DNA from: Anthoceros angustus
Lineage: Eukaryota > Plantae > Anthocerotophyta
Length of the DNA stretch: 64,000 nt
NCBI GenBank assembly: GCA_010909165.1
Contig: MU008180.1
Span: 185,884-249,883 of the forward strand
Direction of reading: 5' to 3'
A model generated the notes under the pieces. The model had not been told where the DNA came from and did not search any database. It was given only the letters and a program-made list of their open reading frames with translations. Made by a program: the position numbers and the translations under genes. This document shows, piece by piece, positions 1-11,799 of the stretch (its first letter is position 1; the number at the start of each line of letters is the position of its first letter).

Positions 1-155
1 TCCCTCGTTCCTCATGCTCTATGAAAGACTCTAGTCTAGCTACGGCTATCTTCTGAGTCATCGCTCATCCTCCATGATTCTATAGGTAGGTACTTCAAAT
101 TCTCAGCATCACGGAGACATGCCATATGTTAAATAATAAGGGGTCTTCTTGGTTG

Positions 156-704
156 TCACCTTCTCTGCATCTGTAAGCCCATAACCGAATGTAGCTTAGT
201 GTCCCAATCATACATGTGAGTCACGATTACCTTGGTCAAGATTGTACACCCATTCGTTTTCTCCGTCAAACCATTCGCTTTGGGATTGTAAGGAGTTGTC
301 TTTCGATGCCGAATGTTGAAGTAGGTGGTGAGAGTCTCGATCACCGAGTTGAGGAAATGAGTTCCCCTATCACTGACCAACTCCAAAGGACATCCATACC
401 TCGTTATAATGTTCTCAAAGAGAAACTTCGCTACTGCAGGTGCGTCGTCCTTTCTTGTTGCTTCAGCCTCCACCATCTTTGTACAATAGTCCGTAGCCAC
501 CAAGATATATTGCTTCCTTGTCCATTGTGTGGGTGGCTTGATTGGACCTACAAAATCTATACCCCACTTCTCAAATGGTGCCAAAGGTAGTATGTAGGTG
601 AGAGGCCCTTTGTGTTGACAAAGTGGGCCTTCCAACCCTCGACACGCATCACACCTCCTAATAAATTCCCACACATCCCTGCATTGTAGCCCACGAGCCT
701 GCAT
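156..704 (-). pseudogene. Retrotransposon integrase core (DDE) fragment
   Basis: WGIDFVGPIKP...YILVATDY.TK.VEA...ENIITRYGCPLELVSDRGTHFLN...HRKTTPYNPKANGLTEKTNG is a typical gypsy integrase. Further partial copies lie at about 1500-2330 and 3050-3500. Confidence 0.95.
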
Positions 705-3700
705 CCAAGACCTTCTTCACGTGATTTGCGTCGAATAATGACCACCGCCTCTTACGCATGTAAAACACGTGACCAAAGCTTCTCTAATTTCCGGACATCG
801 CGAATCTTCTCGTCTGGACCAAGCTTGTACAAGACCCCATCCGTAGGCAATAAGGGGCTGTCTTGTGGAGAAAAACAGCTCGCCCTCCCTAGACAAACCA
901 TCGGGCATGATTCCATGCTCTAGAAAATTTCGTACCTCACCATTCAGATCTTGGGCATGAACGCCCCTCACGTTCAATCTCCTCCTTCCACGCATACCAC
1001 GTCGCCTCCTGCTAGCTCGCCCACCAGCAGCCCCAGGCGGCGTTGTTCCATCCACAAATCCAGTTTCTCCCGCTTTGTCCATCTTTGCAAGTTTTGAGCT
1101 GCGGCCGTTTTGCATGCTCCTCCTCCAACAACGTTCGGTTCTTCCATTCCTGCTGGTCTAGCCTCGTGTCCAGGTCCAGCTCGTGCTCCCATGGCGACCT
1201 CCTCGCTGTTTGCACCCCATGGCCACCTCATGAGTGATTTCCCATGAATCGCCATTTTCTTCTCCTGCCGTTTTGCTCAAGCTTCTCATGGGATGCATCT
1301 CCTTCCTCGCCCTCTGGCGCACCTACCTCCCTAGGGCCTTCTCCTCTCGCGGCCCCATGGCGCACAGCTTGACCCAAGTGGGGCGCCTTTCTTGCTTCCT
1401 CAACTTCCCATCATGCCTATCCTTTCTAAGCTCCACAGATTGTTGAGTTTCTTCTAAAGCATCTTCCCTCGTTCCTCATGCTCTATGAAAGATTCTAGTC
1501 TAGCTACGGCTATCTTCTCTGATCATCGCTCATCCTCCATGATTCTATAGGTACTTCAAATTCTCGCATCACGGAGACATGCCATATGTTAAATAATAAG
1601 GGGTCTTCTTGGTTGTCACCTTCTCTGCATCTGTAAGCCCTTGAATGTAGCTTAGTGTCCCAATCATACATGTGAGTCACAGTTACCTTGGTCAAGATTG
1701 TACACCCATTCGTTTTCTCCGTCAAACCATTCGCTTTGGGATTGTAAGGAGTTGTCTTTCGATGCTTAGAATGTTGAAGTAGGTGGTGAGAGTCTCGATC
1801 ACGAGTTGAGAAATGAGTTCCCATCAGACCAACTCAAAGGACATCCATACCTCGTTATAATGTTCTCAAAGAAACTTCGCTCTGCGGTCGTCGTCCTTCT
1901 TGTTGCTTGACCTCCACCATCTTTGTACAATAGTCCGTAGCCACCAAGATATATTGCTTCCTTGTCCATTGTGTGGGTGGCTTGATTGGACCTACAAAAT
2001 CTATACCCACTTCTCAAATGGTGCCAAAGGTAGTATGTAGGTGAGAGGCCCTTTGTGTTGACAAAGTGGGCCTTCCAACCCTCGACGCATCACACCTCCT
2101 AATAAATTCCCACATCCCTCGCATTGTAGCCCACAGCCCATCCAAGACCTTCTTCACGGTGATTTGCGTGAATAATGACCACCAGCCTCTTACGCATGTA
2201 AAGCTTACGTGACCAAAGCGACTTCTCTAATTTCCGGACATCGCGAATCTTCTCGTCTGGACCAAGCTTGTACAAGACCCCATCCGTAGGCAATAAGGGG
2301 CTGTCTTGTGGAAAAACAGCTCGCCCTCCCTAGACAAACCATCGGGCATGATTCCATGCTCTAGAAAATTTGTACCTCACCATTCAGATATCTTGGGCAT
2401 GAACGCCCCTCACGTTCTAATCTCCTCCTTCCACGCATACCACGTCGCCTCCTGCTAGCTCGCCCACCAGCAGCCCCAGGCGGCGTTGTTCCATCCACAA
2501 ATCCAGTTTCTCCCGCTTTGTCCATCTTTGCAAGTTTTGAGCACTGCGGCCCGTTTTGCATGCTCCTCCTCCAACAACGTTGGTTCTTCCATTCCTGCTG
2601 GTCTAGCCTCGTGTCCAGGTCCAGCTCGTGCTCCCATGGCGACCTCCTCGCTGTTTGCACCATGGCCACCTCATGAGTGATTTCCCATGAATCGCCATTT
2701 TCTTCTCCTGCCGTTTTGCTCAAGCTTCTCATGGGATGCATCTCCTTCCTCGCCCTCTGGCGCACCTACCTCCCTAGGGCCTTCTCCTCCTCGCGGCCCC
2801 ATGGCGCCCCCGACCTCGCCAAGTGGGGCGCCTTTTCTTTTGCAGGCGGCGCTCCCATATCCGTTTCGCTTCTTTCTTTTGCCAACGTGGCCTCCACTTG
2901 CAGCCTCCTGCTCACCCTTGAGAGCATTCCAGCCTCCTCCTCGCGCCCATACTGGCGCCCTTTTATCCTCTCGGTTCCAGTTGTCTGCTGCGGCCTTTCA
3001 CTGCGCTCCCTTCTTGCTCATTTGACCTCTCTGCTGGCAGCAAAACTTGCTCTGCGGTCGTCGTCCTTCTTGTTGCTTGACCTCCACCATCTTTGTACAA
3101 TAGTCCGTAGCCACCAAGATATATTGCTTCCTTGTCCATTGTGTGGGTGGCTTGATTGGACCTACAAAATCTATACCCACTTCTCAAATGGTGCCAAAGG
3201 TAGTATGTAGGTGAGAGGCCATTGTGTTGACAAAGTGGGCCTTCCAACCCTCGACCGCATCACACCTCCTAATAAATTCCCACATCCCTGCATTGTAGCC
3301 CACAGGCTGCATCCAAGACCTTCTTCACGTGATTTGCGTCGAATAATGACCACCAGCCTCTTACGCATGTAAAGCTTACGTGACCAAAGCGACTTCTCTA
3401 ATTTCCGGACATCGAATCTTCTCGTGGACCAAGCTTACAAGACCCCATCCGTAGGCAATAAGGGGCTGTCTTGTGGAAAAACAGCTCGCCCTCCCTAAAC
3501 CATCGGGCATGATTCCATGCTCTAGAAAATTTCGTACCTCACCATTCAGATATCTTGGGCATGAACGCCCCTCACGTTCTAATCTCCTCCTTCCACGCAT
3601 ACCACGTCGCCTCCACCTGCTCGCCCACCAGCAGCCCCAGGGCGTTGTTCCATCCACAAATCCAGTTTCTCCCGCTTTGTCCATCTTTGCAAGTTTTGAG

Positions 3701-4400
3701 CTGCGGCCGTTTTGCTCCTCCTCCAACAACGTTGGTTCTTCCATTCCTGCTGGTCTAGCCTCGTGTCAGGTCCAGCTCGTGCTCCCATGGCGACCTCCTC
3801 TTTGTTTTCCATGGCCACCTCATGAGTGATTTCCCATGAATCGCCATTTTCTTCTCCTGCGTTTTGCTCAAGCTTCATGGGATGCATCTCCTTCCTCGCC
3901 CTCTGGCACCTACCTCCCTAGGGCCTTCTCCTCGCGGCCCCATGGCGCCTGGCCGACCTCGCCAAGTGGGGCGCCTTTTCTGCTGGCGCTCCCATATCCG
4001 TTTCGCTTCTTTCTTTTGCCAACGGCTGGCCTCCACTTGCAGCCCTCTGACTGCTCACCCTTGAGGAGCATTCCAGCCTCCTCCTCGCGCCCATCTGGCG
4101 CCCTTTTATCCTCTCGGTTCCAGTTGTCCTGCTGCGGCCTTTCACTGGCGCTCCCTTCTTGCTCATTTGACCTCTGCTGGCAGCAAGGCTTGCTGATCAA
4201 TGCTTAGGCCGTCCACAACATGCTCACGTCCTCCCCTTGACCCGGCCGTGGCAACCAACTCCTCGTCGAAATCGGTCATCTGTGGCTTCAAGTCGCTCTC
4301 CGGTTTCGACGAGAAATGAAATCGGCATTACGATCTTGCTTCCACAACCTAGTTTCTACGTCATAATCAAACTCTTGCAGCGAGTACCCACGGCAATCCT

Positions 4401-4649
4401 TCACGACAAATCGGCTTGTTCACAAGGTACTTCAGCAAAATGGTCAACATGAAGCGTCACTTTGCAAGCAAGCGGATAGTGTCTAAACTTCTTACGAGTA
4501 AATGATACCAAGACCCTCTCGCTCGTGGTTGAGTAGTTCTTCTCGGCATCCGTGACATCTACCGGCATAGAAAATCGGATGGTCCGTTTCTTCTCGTCCT
4601 TACGGCTTAAGATGGTCCCAATGGCATAAGCGGACACATCCGTATACAT
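4401..4649 (-). pseudogene. Retrotransposon RNase H fragment
   Basis: YTDVSAYAIGTILS...DAEKNYSTT...KKFRHY...KVTLHVDH matches the gypsy RNase H pattern. Confidence 0.88.
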
Positions 4650-4699
4650 GAAACGGTTTCTCCCAATCGGCGGTATAGCGTGGGTGCGCTCACCAGCTG

Positions 4700-5530
4700 T
4701 CCTTGAAAAGCCTCTGTCTTGCAGCCGTCCATTCGAAAGGAGTATCCTTCTTGGTCAATTGGGTCAGCAAGGCTGCCTTCTTAGCAAAATCCTTGATGAA
4801 CCTCCTGTAATATCCTACCAGTCCTACAAAGCACGCCTTTGCCTCACCGTTTGGGCGTCCATCTCTCGCGCCACCTTCTCCTTATCTACGCAATCCTCTT
4901 CACGAAACTCGATGTGCCAACAAAATACCTTCCGTCATGCCAAAATAACACTTCCTGGATGAAGCTTCATGTTGGACTCCACGCATACGAAAACATTGTC
5001 TTAGGTGTCTAGGTGCGACTTCCTCCAAACACGCAAAATCATCCGAAATACCTCCATGAACTTCCGGAAAATCTCGGAAGATAGCATTCACCACCGAAAA
5101 GTGGCGGAGGCGTTGCACAAGCGAAGGTAGCTTGGAATAAGCGTAAGTGCCCCAATCGGTTGTGAGCGTAGTCTTGTCTGGTCCTCCTCCTCAGAAATCG
5201 ATTGTAACCAGTACCCATCTAAGCTGTACATTTCATGGCCACCTCATGAGTGATTTCCCATGAATCGCCATTTCTTCTCGGCATCCATGAAAGGCAAGGT
5301 GGTGGTCCTTCTTCGTTGCTTCATTAAACTTCACGAAATCACGTACCTTCCTGTTGCTTCTTAGGTACAATTACAATGGGGCGACCCACTCCTTTGGTAA
5401 GCGGATAAATCACCGGCTTCCAAGTATTGGTCCGGTGATCCTTGGCGACCATAGAATACTTGGGATTCAGCACTATTGCTTGATCCTTACGAGTCTTGCC
5501 CTCCTTCAAATCGATTCGGTGTATCCCCAA
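4700..5530 (-). pseudogene. Reverse transcriptase fragments
   Basis: HRIDLKEG...LNPKYS...IYP...PIVIVPKK matches the RT N-terminus. AIFRDF.EV...DDF is a degenerate YxDD region. Confidence 0.8.
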
Positions 5531-6109
5531 TTCTTCCGAATTCTGTCATGTCGATAATCTTGAAGGCAAACACATCGACATATTCTCTAAGGACCCTCGA
5601 AATTCTTCTTTTCTACCACTCCTAGATGCAGAGATCTTGACCACCTTGGGTTCTAGCTCCAAGTCCTCTCTGCGGATCTACATAAGTCCCTTGCTACACT
5701 ATTCCACGATCCTTCGTCGGAAATCGCGATCATAGGCTCTACCCTTCCGAGGCTACTCCTTCTCTATGTGCCTCGTCCTCGGCTCCTCCTCTCGACACCA
5801 TCTACTTGTAGGCGGTGTACACCAACTCAGTTTATTCGCCACCTCAAGCGGGGTCCTCGTAGCTCGGTCACCGAAGAGCTCACCCCGTACTACCGAGGTG
5901 TACCCATCGGAGCGGACTCCCCTTCATAGGGTGCCTTGCTCCATGACACAAGCGACCTCACAGCCCTACCCTACATGACTTAAATGTAATGCGCTACCAA
6001 ATCAAAGACACAAGCGGTACCATACAACCAAGGCACGCCTATCAAAACCTTGTAGCCTAGATCGACGGCCTCATGACAATGTAGGTAAGATGGAATGTGA
6101 GACCACCAA

Positions 6110-6328
6110 TCACGGTTGGCACATTTCGGCACCCCAAAGGTTTCCTCCTTGTTTGATCGCCATCCTCAAGAACACTCGGATTGGGTTAAACTTGGTGAAA
6201 CCAAGGCGATGGCTGTCTCCTCTGTCATCAAGTTGACTCGAACCCGAATCTAATGGCACATTAGGCACCAAGCACTGCAATCTCAATTTCAATCTCTGGC
6301 GCTCCCAAATCAACAAGTTCAACCACAT
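6110..6328 (-). pseudogene. Aspartic protease fragment
   Basis: VPLDSGSS is the D-S/T-G active-site motif, located between gag and RT. Confidence 0.65.
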
Positions 6329-6399
6329 TTACCTCCACCGGCCTCCTTCGTCCCCATGGGTTCGAGGATCCCCTAATCGCTTCCTTCACAATTTTGCGG

Positions 6400-9300
6400 G
6401 ATCTTGGACTCACATAACAATTGTCTCAAGTGACCACAAATTCTCGGTCAAGCAATGCATCGTGGCCGGAGATCTTGTCGGCAATGTTTCCTCCCGTTTG
6501 CAGCCCTGATGCTGGTCGGCTCCGACCTTATTGGTAAACTCCTCACACTCTTGGTCCCTTCAGCTGGCTGGGACTCCATGATCAGCGGATTGTCAATTTC
6601 GAGCTCATGCCTCTTCTTCCATCTTGCATGTTGGGTGAGCCTCCTTAGCTCATCCTCCAACATTCGCCACTTCCTTCGATGTCGGAAACACCTTCCTCCC
6701 CTCTTCCGCTTGTGGGTGGGTCACTCCCTCCTCCTACCATGGTAGGTTCGCCTCCTACCACGTGGCGTTCCTCCTACCATGGTAGGAGCATCTCACGGTA
6801 GGCGTCTTATGGACCTCTTCATTTCCTCCTCCTCTACCAAATTCCAACGAGTCTCTGGAGGCCAAGGTGAGTCGTCCCTCACCTTCCTTTTCTTCCGTTC
6901 CTCTCGTTCACGGCCTTTCGGATTTTCGGTCTTTCTCTCGGCGCTCGGATCTGGTGGTAACTTTGGCCACCAACAGCCCTTCGTCTGCACTCATCTCTCC
7001 TTCATACCCTTCTTCTACAATCCACAGATACGCTGGATTCATCAAGAAAATCAATTCCTTCCACCTTCAAAGCGGCGTTGTGGTCACGTGATTGCGGTTT
7101 GAATTGGGCGTTCCTTCCGCTGCAGGCTCTGTGAACCTCACCCACAGGCGTCTTGAGGCTACCCTTGCTACTCCACGAACACCTTGGGTCACCAACCTTG
7201 TGCCCCAACTCCTTGCATACTTGACAAAAGGTACATAACCCATTTGTTTGAGGTTACGGGCATTCATTGAATAATGACCAGGTGTCCCAATTAACAGCAC
7301 CGGTGGAATTGCCATTGGCCTTTGTGGCGGCTCCGGTCTCCATGGTCCGGTGAGGTAGGCGTGACCCATACCTCACGCGGCCGGTCTTGCGGGTTGGTAA
7401 GTCGCCCTCATCGATTGAGGCGGGCGACTTCCGATGCTGCACACGCGGTAAGCCTCATCCACGTACCAATAATCACCGGGCATGGCCAGTTCCACGTGAT
7501 TCACGGCATGCGGTGCTCGGATACATTCCGGTTGGTGTGTCGGTTTGATGACAAATTGAGCAATACACCAACTGTCTTGCAGGTGAGGTGACCTCCGTGG
7601 AGCTTGATTTTTCACAGCCTTGACCTCCAATTCATCAATCTTTTGTCAAAGCCTCCACTTGCCTGCAATCCCTCCTCCTGCGGTGGGCGTCTCTCCTTCT
7701 CCATCCGTCGAACCGTCTTCCCTTCCTCTCCTTCTCGGCGCTCGGATCTGGTGGTAACTTTGGCCACCAACAGCCCTTAAATCGCACTCATCTCTCCTTC
7801 ATACCCTTCTTCTACAATCCACAGATACCTGGATTCATCAAGAAAATCGAATTCCGCTTCCACCTTTAAAACCGGCGTCGTGGTCACCGTGATTGCGGTT
7901 TCGGAATTGGACGGCGTTCCTTCCGCTGCAGGCTCTGTGAACCTCACCCCCGGGCGTGCTGAGGCTACCCTTGCTACTCCTGAACACCTTGGGTCACCAA
8001 CCTTGTGCCCCAACTCCTTGCATACTTGACAAAAAGGTACATAACCCATTTGTTTAGGTTACGGGCATTCATTGAATAATGACCAGGTGTCCCAATTAAC
8101 AGCACCGGTGGAATTGCCATTGGCCTTTGTGGCTCCGGTCTCCATGGTCCCGGTGAGGTAGGCGTGACCCATACCTCCACAGCCGGTCTGCGGGTTGGTA
8201 AGTCGCCCTCATCGGAGGCGGGCGACTTCCGATGCACTTGGTAAGCCTCATCCACGTACCAATAATCACCGGGCATGGCCAGTTCCACGTGATTCCACAT
8301 GCGCGGTGCTCGGATACATTCCGGTTGGTGTGTCGGTTTGATGACAAATTGAGCAATACACCAAGCTGTCTTGCGGTGAGGGTGACCTCGTGGAGCTTGA
8401 TTTTTCACAGCCTTGACCTCCAATTACATCAATCTTTTGTCAAAGCCTCCGCCTGCAATCCCTCCTCCTGCGGTGGGCGTCTCTCCTTCTCCATCCATCG
8501 AACCGTCTTCCCTTCCTCTCCTTCTCCAGCGCGTTCAGCTTCCTCCTGCCTCTTCTTAACCTTCTCCAAGTCCTTCCTCATCGTCGTTCATAGGCTTTCT
8601 CGGATTCTTCATCCGGCGTGGAGCTCTCTTGGGTACCACTCTCCTCACTTGCGAAGAAGAAGATGGGGACGAGCTGGAAGAGGAAGAAGAAGAAGAAGAG
8701 CTAGACCTCCTGGACCCCTTCCTCTTCTTATGACTCCTTCTCTTTTCCTCCTTCTTCCTAGCTCGGATTCCACTCCTCCGCTAATCGGATTGCTCCAGCC
8801 AATGTCTTAGTCCCTGCAATGTACCTCCATCTTTGAGATAGTCCACTCACAAACCAGTCCAACGCTTGCTCTTGTGAGTATCACGATGTGGGTGGATTTC
8901 CGGGCATCACAGGCGCACTTGCACTCGATCGAGGTAGCCATAGAACCTCTCAACATAATCAAACAAGGACTCCCTCTTCTTCCTACGGAGTTCTCAATTT
9001 TGCGGTGTGGTGGCGTGGCGAGACCCCATCGATTGAGGCGGCCTTCAAAGTCCCAATCTCAGGCGCACTTGCCCGTAAGTTCGGTACCCGCTGGGCATGC
9101 CCCTCGGCAACCCGGAAGATGCGTCGATCGGCCGTATCCTCCAGTTAGCATGAGAAACATGCTCAAAGTGCGCTAAGCGCCTGCGTCGTCGCCCTTCCTC
9201 TTTTCCCCAAACTTGACATCTGCTGGCGTGGGGTTGTGGCAAGCCCCTCCTACCGATTCCACTCATGATCCCTAGTCCAGATGAGCTCGACGTACTTGCG

Positions 9301-9900
9301 CCCCCTCCTCTTGCTGCAGGTAAGTTATCCAACCAAAGTTCTCTGCAGAAAGGGTGTTCTGCACAAAAATTTGGGCACTGCTGTGGGATGGCGTCTCCCC
9401 TAGGCGTTCGTCCCAAGATGGTGAGCTGGGCAGTGATCCTATCAAGGCGCTCCGCAAGATCCTCAGACCAGGCCTGAATTTCTCCACTGCTCACCCTTCC
9501 TTCTTCACTTTCTGTTTCGCTAGAGGTTGAGCTAGACCCATCACTTCTGAAGGTCCAGCGTTGAGGAGGCCCAGTGCTGGTAGCTGAACTTGAATCGCGC
9601 TCCAGAAATGGTGCTTCCTCCTCGCTTTCCTCTTCACACCAACTCCTCTTCAACCACCTCCTTTACTTCACGTCGGTGATTTCGGCGTCCCTTCTCCGAG
9701 CGTTTCTGCTGGATCACTTGGCTCCCCTTGTAGGCAAGGGCAAAAAACCTCCTCCTCAAGCGCCCTTAGCTCTTCCTCCTCCTGGAGCCGCGTGCAACCA
9801 CCTGCGTTTTCCTCCCTCCATTGATTTCTTCTTGCAGCTCTTAGATCTCTTGCGATGTGGTGGGGTGACCTCCTATGGCTTTCTCCTCTCCCCCTCCCTC
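6400..9900 (-). pseudogene. gag region with zinc knuckle and an internal ~800 bp tandem duplication
   Basis: CQVCKELGHKVGDPRC is a CCHC-like knuckle. gctcggatctggtggtaactttggccaccaacagccc occurs at about 6944 and 7740. Confidence 0.65.
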
Positions 9901-10165
9901 TGCTAGTCATCTGCAAGCATCCTCATAGCCTCCAAAACACGGTTGTTAAAGAAAAATCAGCCAACTTCTGCCATGCGCCATTCTTGCTGCAGGAACACAA
10001 AAATCACACCATTCAGGAGGCGTGGAGCTCCTCCTTCACAACGCACAGGTTCCAGGACGTGTAGGCCTCTTCCTAGACCCCCGCTCTACCTCCTTACAAG
10101 ATCCTCTCAGCTCATACTGCAAGCTAGCAACGAAAATCTCAAAATTTCAGCTGTTTAGCCACAAG

Positions 10166-10183
10166 TCCCCGGCAACGGCGCCA
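10166..10183 (-). promoter_or_regulatory. Primer-binding site complementary to the tRNA-Asp(GUC) 3' end
   Basis: The plus strand reads TCCCCGGCAACGGCGCCA, the plant tRNA-Asp 3' end including CCA. It lies 4 nt from TGT at 10188, which is the LTR end ...ACA on the minus strand. Confidence 0.9.
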
Positions 10184-10187
10184 AAAA

Positions 10188-11271
10188 TGTGGGAGGCAGA
10201 TCTCGGGGCACTCCCGAGATGCACCCTCTAGCGGCCACACTTATCCCACTGTCGTTTCGTACGTTGGGTTTCGTCCCATGAGACTTGGGGAACAGTCGAA
10301 TCTTGAGAAATCCGTCACTACCTGCAGCTACACACTACCTCAGCCTTCTAAACAAGCAAGGCGCCCTCTCACGCTCCCTCTACAGCAGCTCGCGCCCGTC
10401 TTTGCCGTAAACTCACCAAACCTCAACCTACAACGACACCACACAATTGCAGTTCGTCTTATGACAAGGTGTCTATCACGGGCGCCAGGACCCCGACCCA
10501 CACCGCAACCGTCCCTACTCCTAAGACACTCTTCTCCACACAGGCGCCCTCTTACTTGCAGTTGGGATTCGTCCCTTAGGCTCTGTGGCCTTAGTTTTCC
10601 TACACTCTAATTCCTCACAACTCTCTCAATCAACAACGCCCTCTTCTTCTCTACTCATCTACCCTTCCTTCCTCCACAATCTCCTACTCTAACACCAATT
10701 GCTGGCTCATTAATTCCAACTCGCCCTTACGGCTGGCACAGGGTCCGTCAGGAAATTAACGAGTTCTTCCTTGGGCGGTTGCTATGTGGTTTGCAGACGG
10801 CGAGAACCTCCGAGTCTTTCCTGCAGTCTACCCTCAAGCCGAGAGTTCCTTGAGCATCGCCACACACTCAAAGCAAAACAATTCACCACACAACCATTCA
10901 CAAGGGAGGCGGCTAGCGGGCGCTGCAAAGAGCAAGCCCTCCGCCCAGCACTCCGACCGTCGCGTTCTCCCTCTCTACCAGACACTGCGTTGGCTTGCGG
11001 CCCGGCACGAAATTCACACAAAGTGAAGGACTCGGGAGGATGGGAGGCGCAAGACACGATAATTTTACTTCACAAGCTCCTCCTTTTATAGGGAGGTCCT
11101 CACATCTGACCTCCTGGCGCGCCCTCCAGCCGCCTTACTCCTTATTTTAGTGTATCCTATTGTCGACTTTAAGTTCGACATCCAAGCATCTTGGGTAAAA
11201 TTCTATTCTAGCAAAATTCACCTATGTGAGCCTTAATGGCTCTGTCAACATTCCTATCTAGCTAGTCAACA
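10188..11271 (-). repeat. LTR; the 10188 boundary is firm and the distal boundary tentative
   Basis: It ends in ACA next to the PBS and carries minus-strand TATAAAA at 11084-11090. A candidate start TGTTGAC at 11271 follows a purine-rich tract (AAAGAGAGTG). Confidence 0.6.
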
Positions 11272-11799
11272 CACTCTCTTTGGTGACAAGCATTAATGCT
11301 CCTCCTCTAAAGAAAAGTCTTCCCAAGTGGCATCTTGCCCCATGTCTTCAAGCTAATTTAAGGACTTCTTATGAATCCCTTCCTTATCTTGATGCCTATC
11401 TTGAGTTCCTTCCTCCAATAAAATAGCCGGGCTCTCTTAGCCTGGCTCATCCTCGGCTTCTCCTCTTCCTCTCACTTGTGGAGCAAGTGAGCTCCTTGCT
11501 CCTGCACCCATGTTAGGAGGTTGGTCTTCTCCTTGTGATTCTTGCTCCATTCTGCAAGATCAACCCCTCTTCCTTCTTTCTGCAAGGGCCAAGGTACTCG
11601 CCTCCCTTGCCGTCAAATCCATGCTAGCAGCCTTCGAATCCGCTGCTTCTTCCGGCCCTCCTACCATGGTAGGACCTTCTCCTACCAGTGAGTCCCTCCT
11701 ACCACGGTAGGAACTCCTCCTACCACGGTAGGAGTTCCTACCGGAGTTGTTTCTTCTTCCTTACCCCTTCCTAGGGTGATTCTCTCCACATGCGGCTTC

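Larger units (their letters stand above)
1..11271 (-). mobile_element. Ty3/gypsy LTR retrotransposon, non-chromovirus (Athila/Tat-like), degenerate and internally duplicated
   Basis: Minus-strand order is LTR, PBS, gag, PR, RT, RH, INT, the gypsy order. All domains are frameshifted. The element runs off the window start. Confidence 0.93.

Noticed and set aside
10166-10183. tRNA-Asp gene
   Set aside because: Only the 3' 18 nt including CCA match, next to an LTR end, so this is a primer-binding site.
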